Below are positions 26,950 through 32,238 of a DNA stretch of 32,238 nucleotides, piece by piece; position 1 is the stretch's first letter; the number at the start of each line of letters is the position of its first letter. The translations under genes and the position numbers were made by a program. Source of the DNA: an uncultured bacterium (GTDB lineage Bacteria > Patescibacteriota > Minisyncoccia > Phycocordibacterales > PALSA-1337); assembly GCA_963851055.1 (NCBI GenBank), contig CAWKMY010000005.1:78716-110953 (forward strand), written 5' to 3'. The notes under the pieces were generated by a model, which did no database searches, was not told the DNA's origin, and was given only the letters and a program-made list of their open reading frames with translations.

Positions 26950-29900
26950 TCACTCGAATTGCGAGACAAAATTATCGAACATATCCCCTACTTCTTGTTT
27001 GTCTGTGTCAGATAAGTTCTTAGACCGGCGGTGCTGCATATATTGGCCAATCTTATCGCTAAAATCATGCAGCTTTTTGAATTTACCTTTCTTGATCAGA
27101 TCTTCTATGTGATCGATGCGGCTGCTGATGCCTTTGCAGAACTGATTTGTATTAGCGGCGTTGCCTGAACTATCGCCTTTGCCTGCTGGTTTAGCGACAT
27201 TCGTATCAAATATGGTGTCGCAAGCCTTCCTCAACGATTCCCAATAAGCCGTCTTGTCCGTCGTGCTTCCCTGCTTAGCCTGAATATCCGGCACGCCATC
27301 GCCATCAACATCGATAGAGAGAGGTTGTATGGTCTTCATGAAAGTAGAGCTGGCAATACCAAATGGAATGCCGGGCGGAGTTGGAATATCAGTCGGGCTG
27401 AATTGGATAGTCGTCGTGGCTATAGTCAAGGGCGTCACCGGCAGGTCTGCGTATTCGGCGTGATCGAGAGTAACTCCACCGCGGATGCGATCGACATCGA
27501 ATGTGAATGAGCCAACGGCCGTGCCATTCAAGACGACCGAATACTTCGTGCCATCGTCTGGTAATGATATATAAGTGTCATAATCCGTATCGTTGTGTTC
27601 GTCGACTCGGAATGAGCTTCCCGGTATTTGATTGTCGTAAGTCCTGAATACATCGGTCGGCATACCGGGTGGCGGCACAGTTTCGCCTGTATGATTTCCA
27701 TGACTGTCATAAACTTGGGGTTGTATAGGTGAATGTGTGCTGACTTGGATATATGTTCTCTCCTTGCTGTAATCTAACGGACCGACGGTCACGCCGGGAA
27801 TAGACATGAGGGCGCGCTCCTTAGCGGCGGCAGGACTGTCTTCGAGGATACCGCTAATGGCATTTTGAGCCGTCACTGATTCCAATATATTTCCGTGAAG
27901 TGTTCCTTTGACGCCTGGCGTCTGTAAATCGATGTTGGTCGTAGTGCCGTCATCATACGCGGCACTTCTGGTAACGACTGTGCCATCGCCCATATTGGTC
28001 TGTACGGTGTCGTGCGCAGGTGTTGGATTTTGCGCGGTGCTTCCCGTTGAAGCGTGATAAACGATGCCTTTCGTGGTCAATGCATTCCAGCCGACGACGG
28101 CCCACCTGGCTATATGAGCCGGCCAGGAGAATAGATCGAGTATGTTGTGCAAATTTCCGGCCGAAGCCATCAGAGCCTTATTACCTTCTATGGGACTTTC
28201 TGTATCGTCTGCGGCAGGAGCGGAGCGGATATTCTTCGAGTCGGTCATGAAGGATGACAAACTCGAAAAAGAAGAGATGCTCGAAGGATAGACGCCATTG
28301 TTAACGGTACGCGGCGTGGTTGAAGAGAATGTTATGACTGGACTCGCTGAAGTAAAATACATAGCCGAAGGCAGGAGCGAATAAGCGCTGGCCATATTTG
28401 CCCCCAGTTGCCGCGCCACGCTCTGCTTCAAAAGCCATCCGTCGGCCAATTCTTCGTCGTCGCCGTGAAGGATTCCACCGACGGCTTCCGGCGTGCCTAG
28501 ATAAGGAACCGCTACCGAGATAACAGAATCGATTAGGTTGTCTTTACCCATATCGGCCAAAGTTTTAGTCAGATATTTCGCTACTAATCCACCGTTAGAG
28601 TGAGCGATGAGAGTCACCTTACCGGTCTTCGAGCTAGAAGCCATGTCGATCAATGTCTGGACTAGAGAAACGGTCGTCGTCGCTTTCTTTTCCGGCCCCG
28701 CAACCACCTCGGCGATCGGTTTGCGCCAATCATAGCCGAAGGCATTCCAATTATTGATCGAGCCTTTGGCCACCAAACCGTCGAGGAACTTCATGAAACT
28801 GCCATAGACGCTATAACCCCAGGCGCTATCTATAGCTCCACCGGAATAGACGGTTTTATCCGCGCTGGATCCGTCCGTATTCAGAAATAGTTTGCGTACA
28901 TCGTCATTCCTATTCGGTTCCCAGAGCATATTCGGACTAGTGCCCGGTCCTATGCCTGAACCGAGTATGCCTTTTTCGTCCCTATAAAGGCGACTGGATT
29001 CGATCCCTGGCAAGAAAAGTATGCTTGAGCAACATTTGGGTTTGTCTGATGAACGAGTGGGATCGTGGTCGAGCCAAGGATTGTAAATGACAAGACCGGC
29101 AATCACACTCGATGATGCATTCAATGAAGAAGCGCCGGCAGAAGCATCCGTGATCGGCCCGTTCGCGCTTCCCCACCAATTATCGGCAGCCATAACCATA
29201 CCGACCGGATCAGTCTCTGTGTTCTTTATGGCATCCGTAGAATTGTCCACAAATGAAGAACCGGAAATAGTCACGACCGCCGGTGGCAAAAGATTACCGG
29301 AAGCAATATCAGAATCTACTGCAATCGTTGCCGGGTGATTGTCCTCTGCACGCAAATCACTAGCGCCGAAACTGACATCGGCATCAGCTACTTGCAATGA
29401 CTTATTCGCCGGCCAATCCATCATCAGGAATACCGGCGCGTATTTCTGAACCCAAATGCCGTAATTATTATTTTCTATCCTGCTGCTCTCGATATTTAAT
29501 GTTCCCGACTGGATATAAATGCCTTGATTCGCGCCGGAAATGGTCGAACTGGAAATAGAGGCGTTGGAGCGCATGAGATACAGACCCTCTCCGCTGGAGT
29601 CGGGATAGATATCGGCGTATGAAATAGTAGCCGTGGCATTGCAGACGTTTATCGAGTATAAGCTTTTTACGGTTATGTGATTGTCCTGATTTCCATTCAT
29701 CGTCAGAGAGCCGTATATCGATATCGACGGAGTATAATCCGGGTCAATGGCCGGATCGGCTTCGATGACTACGCCGGGATCGACCGAAAGGACCGCGCCG
29801 GAAGATACCGTGATCGATTCTTCGAGAATATATGGACTACTGCTAGCCGTCCAGAGAGCGCCATTGGCCACATCGGCGTTGAAGACATGCGTTTCGGCAT

Positions 29901-29988
29901 GGGCGACCGCCGGAATGATCGTGAATACGGCCGGAATAGATAAGATCGCTATTAATAAAGACCAGGTACGCTTGATGATTGTATGCAT
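26950..29988 (-). CDS. secreted multidomain protein: signal peptide, parallel beta-helix repeats, LCAT/PGAP1-like alpha/beta-hydrolase (lipase), C-terminal Asp-rich module
   Basis: 1012 aa. Signal peptide ...PAVAHA/ET. PbH1-like repeats (SGANQGIYIQSGTLNIESSRIENNNYGIWVQ). ILFLPGIESSRLY plus nucleophile elbow IAHSNGG. DVDGDGVPD near the C-terminus. Confidence 0.75.
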   Translation of the reverse strand: MHTIIKRTWSLLIAILSIPAVFTIIPAVAHAETHVFNADVANGALWTASSSPYILEESITVSSGAVLSVDPGVVIEADPAIDPDYTPSISIYGSLTMNGNQDNHITVKSLYSINVCNATATISYADIYPDSSGEGLYLMRSNASISSSTISGANQGIYIQSGTLNIESSRIENNNYGIWVQKYAPVFLMMDWPANKSLQVADADVSFGASDLRAEDNHPATIAVDSDIASGNLLPPAVVTISGSSFVDNSTDAIKNTETDPVGMVMAADNWWGSANGPITDASAGASSLNASSSVIAGLVIYNPWLDHDPTRSSDKPKCCSSILFLPGIESSRLYRDEKGILGSGIGPGTSPNMLWEPNRNDDVRKLFLNTDGSSADKTVYSGGAIDSAWGYSVYGSFMKFLDGLVAKGSINNWNAFGYDWRKPIAEVVAGPEKKATTTVSLVQTLIDMASSSKTGKVTLIAHSNGGLVAKYLTKTLADMGKDNLIDSVISVAVPYLGTPEAVGGILHGDDEELADGWLLKQSVARQLGANMASAYSLLPSAMYFTSASPVITFSSTTPRTVNNGVYPSSISSFSSLSSFMTDSKNIRSAPAADDTESPIEGNKALMASAGNLHNILDLFSWPAHIARWAVVGWNALTTKGIVYHASTGSTAQNPTPAHDTVQTNMGDGTVVTRSAAYDDGTTTNIDLQTPGVKGTLHGNILESVTAQNAISGILEDSPAAAKERALMSIPGVTVGPLDYSKERTYIQVSTHSPIQPQVYDSHGNHTGETVPPPGMPTDVFRTYDNQIPGSSFRVDEHNDTDYDTYISLPDDGTKYSVVLNGTAVGSFTFDVDRIRGGVTLDHAEYADLPVTPLTIATTTIQFSPTDIPTPPGIPFGIASSTFMKTIQPLSIDVDGDGVPDIQAKQGSTTDKTAYWESLRKACDTIFDTNVAKPAGKGDSSGNAANTNQFCKGISSRIDHIEDLIKKGKFKKLHDFSDKIGQYMQHRRSKNLSDTDKQEVGDMFDNFVSQFE

Positions 29989-30021
29989 ATGATAGTAAAT
30001 GAGCTGATAATGCCCACAGAC

Positions 30022-30094
30022 TATCAGATGGAGATAAAGAAACGCTCAAAAAGAAATCAAAAAACGCCTAATTTTTGATAAAAAATCGCCTAAG
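30022..30094. repeat. left arm of a 73-bp imperfect inverted repeat
   Basis: Pairs with 30298-30370. Perfect blocks are tatcaga, gagataaagaaacg and aaacgcctaatttt, and the inner 34 nt match at 28 of 34. Confidence 0.6.
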
Positions 30095-30108
30095 ATTTTA
30101 CGAAACCC

Positions 30109-30249
30109 TTATTTGAACAGGCCGGCAGCCTGCTCGTCCAGCGAGCCGCCCCATTGGCCGACTATATAGAGGATTAGAAATGCCAGCCCCAGGATGCATA
30201 TAAAGCCGATGAAGAATTTAAAGAAATTCCGGTCGAAAGGGTTGACCAT
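30109..30249 (-). CDS. small single-TM protein (46 aa)
   Basis: Internal ATG 30249 (MVNPFDRNFFKFFIGFICILGLAFLILYIVGQW...) lies 9 nt after an extended -10. The longer track ORF would cover the promoter. Confidence 0.4.
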   Translation of the reverse strand: MVNPFDRNFFKFFIGFICILGLAFLILYIVGQWGGSLDEQAAGLFK

Positions 30250-30258
30250 ATCGACACT

Positions 30259-30267
30259 ATTATACCA
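30259..30267 (-). promoter_or_regulatory. extended -10 promoter element TGgTATAAT inside the inverted-repeat-flanked cassette
   Basis: The minus strand reads tgtggtataat. No clear -35, which is acceptable for an extended -10. Confidence 0.4.
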
Positions 30268-30297
30268 CAGAGTGTTTCTCGACGGTCTTGACCGATT

Positions 30298-30370
30298 CTT
30301 AGGCGGATTTTGAGCGAAAATTAGGCGTTTCTTTATCAAAAATTCATCGTTTCTTTATCTCGGTCTGATA
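30298..30370. repeat. right arm of the 73-bp imperfect inverted repeat
   Basis: Reverse complement of 30022-30094 with the same internal spacing. ttaggcg occurs twice, 22 bp apart, in each arm. Confidence 0.6.
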
Positions 30371-30380
30371 TGGTTTATAG

Positions 30381-30581
30381 ATGCCGGAAAATAATCCAAT
30401 GAAAAAGATTAGGAAATATGTTCATGAATTCTATGGTTCAAATCCCAGTAGTAGGATATACGGACGCCTCGATGCTGAAGAAGACGAGGCTCTGCTAGTC
30501 ATATGCATGCTAAGCGGAGCAATGAAGAAAGTCTTCAACGCGTTTTACAGAAGTGCCGGGAAGTATAAGAAGATGTTTTGA
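30381..30581 (+). CDS. hypothetical small protein (66 aa), doubtful
   Basis: ATG ORF with no SD or recognisable family. Confidence 0.2.
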   Translation: MPENNPMKKIRKYVHEFYGSNPSSRIYGRLDAEEDEALLVICMLSGAMKKVFNAFYRSAGKYKKMF

Positions 30582-30740
30582 ACGAAAAATTTCCCGACCT
30601 CGTTCCTGGAGGGGCGGCATATCCCTCATCGAGCGCCCTTTCGGGTGTCCGCAGTGAACGCCTTTCTGCCGTCAGAAACGAGATCGAGAAACTTTTAAAG
30701 GTACGGCGTAATATTAGCAAATGGAGAACACCTGTCAAAT

Positions 30741-30879
30741 CCCCCTGATTCAAGAGATTCCTAGTGCCGGGACCGACTACTCCTATAGGCGAGAGACTGT
30801 GAGCCTTCTGATAAGCCTCTACCGCCATCTTGGTCACGGGGCCGAAATAGCCGCTAACCGGGCCGGAGAAGAATCCATC
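30741..30879 (-). pseudogene. remnant of the 3' end of a peptidoglycan-binding (PG_binding_1) domain gene
   Basis: Encodes ..ADGFFSGPVSGYFGPVTKMAVEAYQKAHSLSPIGVVGPGTRNLLNQG with no upstream coding part. A 1-nt indel removes the stop. About 90% DNA identity to 31861-31942. Confidence 0.65.
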
Positions 30880-30881
30880 GG

Positions 30882-31715
30882 CTATCTTTTTTCAATCTCT
30901 TTCATTTCTTTCCTTCGTCTAGAATCAACAATTTTTAGATCTTCTTCTGGCTTGATAGATTCAGGTTTTATTCCTCTATTTAATAATGCCTGCCTGGTTT
31001 CTCGGCTATTTCTCACTACCTCTATATTCATTGCTTCTTTGCCTTGGATATTCCTCTCTTTGATATTGTGATCAGTCATAGCTAGCGCGAAATCCTTGGC
31101 TTTCAATTCAACATGACTGTCAAAATCAGCCAATGATCTTCCGGAAGAAATCCCTCGTATCTTTTTTAATTGACTTGTCCCGATACCACCATAAAGCGCC
31201 TCGATGTGCTTGTTTTTGAAAGTTGCAAATTCAACAGGAAGCTTTATCCCGCGATGATACACGGTTGACTCGATTTTTGTCTCTGTTTCTTTCAAGTTTG
31301 CCCTGGTTTCGAGTCTTTTTGTTTCCCTTTCCCTTTGCTCGAGTAATTCTTGCTTTCGTGTTTGGGTGGCAAAATATGTCTGAGCAAGAGCAATCTGAGG
31401 CTTTCTAGGGTCGCCATTTTGAGCAATAAGATAGCAAGCATAACGAGTCAGAAATACATCTTCTATTTTGCGTCGGGCACCGGATCCAGTCGACACCAAT
31501 TTGTCGGCGCCGACAAAATGGTCTGGGATAGATTGACCGCTTGTTTTACAGGCCGTCTTCGCTCTTTCTATCGCTTCCGTAAACATGCGCCAGGTCGTGT
31601 AACCTAAATAAGGCATCAAGTCTCGCGCAGACCAAAATTCGGTCATTTGCTGATCATCTGATGTCTTTCTTATTGATTCGAGATTCTGTTGAATTATTGT
31701 TAATGATTTATCCAT
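30882..31715 (-). CDS. dinD: DNA damage-inducible protein D
   Basis: 277 aa. WSARDLMPYLGY...FLTRYACYLIAQNGDPRKPQIALAQTYFATQTRKQEL...ALYGG closely parallels E. coli DinD as I recall it. Confidence 0.85.
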   Translation of the reverse strand: MDKSLTIIQQNLESIRKTSDDQQMTEFWSARDLMPYLGYTTWRMFTEAIERAKTACKTSGQSIPDHFVGADKLVSTGSGARRKIEDVFLTRYACYLIAQNGDPRKPQIALAQTYFATQTRKQELLEQRERETKRLETRANLKETETKIESTVYHRGIKLPVEFATFKNKHIEALYGGIGTSQLKKIRGISSGRSLADFDSHVELKAKDFALAMTDHNIKERNIQGKEAMNIEVVRNSRETRQALLNRGIKPESIKPEEDLKIVDSRRRKEMKEIEKR

Positions 31716-31727
31716 TTGAATAAATAC

Positions 31728-31755
31728 ATTTTATCAACTAGAATCATCTGGTCAA
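31728..31755 (-). promoter_or_regulatory. candidate dinD promoter
   Basis: On the minus strand: TTGACC, 16 nt, TAAAAT, then 12 nt to the ATG. Confidence 0.45.
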
Positions 31756-31798
31756 TATTGTAAAGATATTATTTTTGTTCTGTGGTTTTAAAAATTCC

Positions 31799-32238
31799 TC
31801 ATATCCCCCTATTCAATAGCTCCCTCGTCCCCGGTCCAACCACGCCGATCGGATCTAGGTTGTGAGCTTTCTGATAAGCCTCGACGGCCGCCTTGGTCAC
31901 GGGGCCGAAGTAGCCGCTGACCGGGCCGGAGAAGAATCCGTCAGTGAGCAGGCGCTGTTGCAGGGCGGTGACATCCGGATTGGAGACATTCATGGCAGTC
32001 AGCCCTTGGTAGAGATAATTATCGAAGGAGTAGGAGCCGGCGGAAGTGGTCGCGGCGGAAGACACCGTGGAAGAAGTATTGGCATTCGGCACGCAAGTCA
32101 GGTTGGCGGGACAGGCGGAGGAAGTGATCGTGGTGGTCGTATTGGGGTTTGTGATTGTGTTTGATGCGGTTGAGGCTGGTGCGTTGTTGCCGATAGAGAA
32201 ATATGTCTGTCCGATGAGCCCGGAAGGATTGGTATACG
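31799..32238 (-). CDS. secreted Thr/Ser-rich protein with a C-terminal PG_binding_1 domain; the 5' end is outside the window
   Basis: The frame stays open upstream of the track's GTG to the window edge (YTNPSGLIGQTYFSIGNN...). The C-terminus is DVTALQQRLLTDGFFSGPVSGYFGPVTKAAVEAYQKAHNLDPIGVVGPGTRELL. Confidence 0.75.
   Translation of the reverse strand, partial: YTNPSGLIGQTYFSIGNNAPASTASNTITNPNTTTTITSSACPANLTCVPNANTSSTVSSAATTSAGSYSFDNYLYQGLTAMNVSNPDVTALQQRLLTDGFFSGPVSGYFGPVTKAAVEAYQKAHNLDPIGVVGPGTRELLNRGI

Overview
This 32.2-kb window is most likely from a small-genome, CPR/Patescibacteria-like bacterium. That placement is an inference from gene content and rRNA architecture. The backbone is housekeeping: secD-secF, rplJ-rplL, a SEDS (FtsW/RodA) protein, a glycan-synthesis trio (SDR epimerase, polyprenyl-phosphate sugar transferase, GT4), an MFS transporter, a PurM-like protein and a partial ABC ATPase. 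The main feature is a minus-strand 23S-5S rRNA unit (about 15151-21578) with no 16S in the window. The 23S gene is split by four insertions totalling 3209 bp, which I read as group I introns at E. coli positions 1917, 2262, 2593 and 2656 (the last lies in the sarcin-ricin loop). Three carry LAGLIDADG homing endonuclease ORFs of three types (I-CeuI-like, I-SceI-like, I-CreI-like) and one has no ORF. Accessory content includes a RelE/ParE toxin-antitoxin pair and a dense phased palindrome array next to a Pro-rich wHTH gene. There are also two orphan small genes behind a perfect consensus promoter, and a 1012-aa secreted beta-helix/lipase protein preceded by a 349-bp cassette flanked by inverted repeats. 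A dinD gene is bracketed by 139-bp direct repeats derived from a peptidoglycan-binding gene. Many genes have a -10 box 6-9 nt from the start codon, which suggests leaderless mRNAs. I found no tRNA genes and no CRISPR array.
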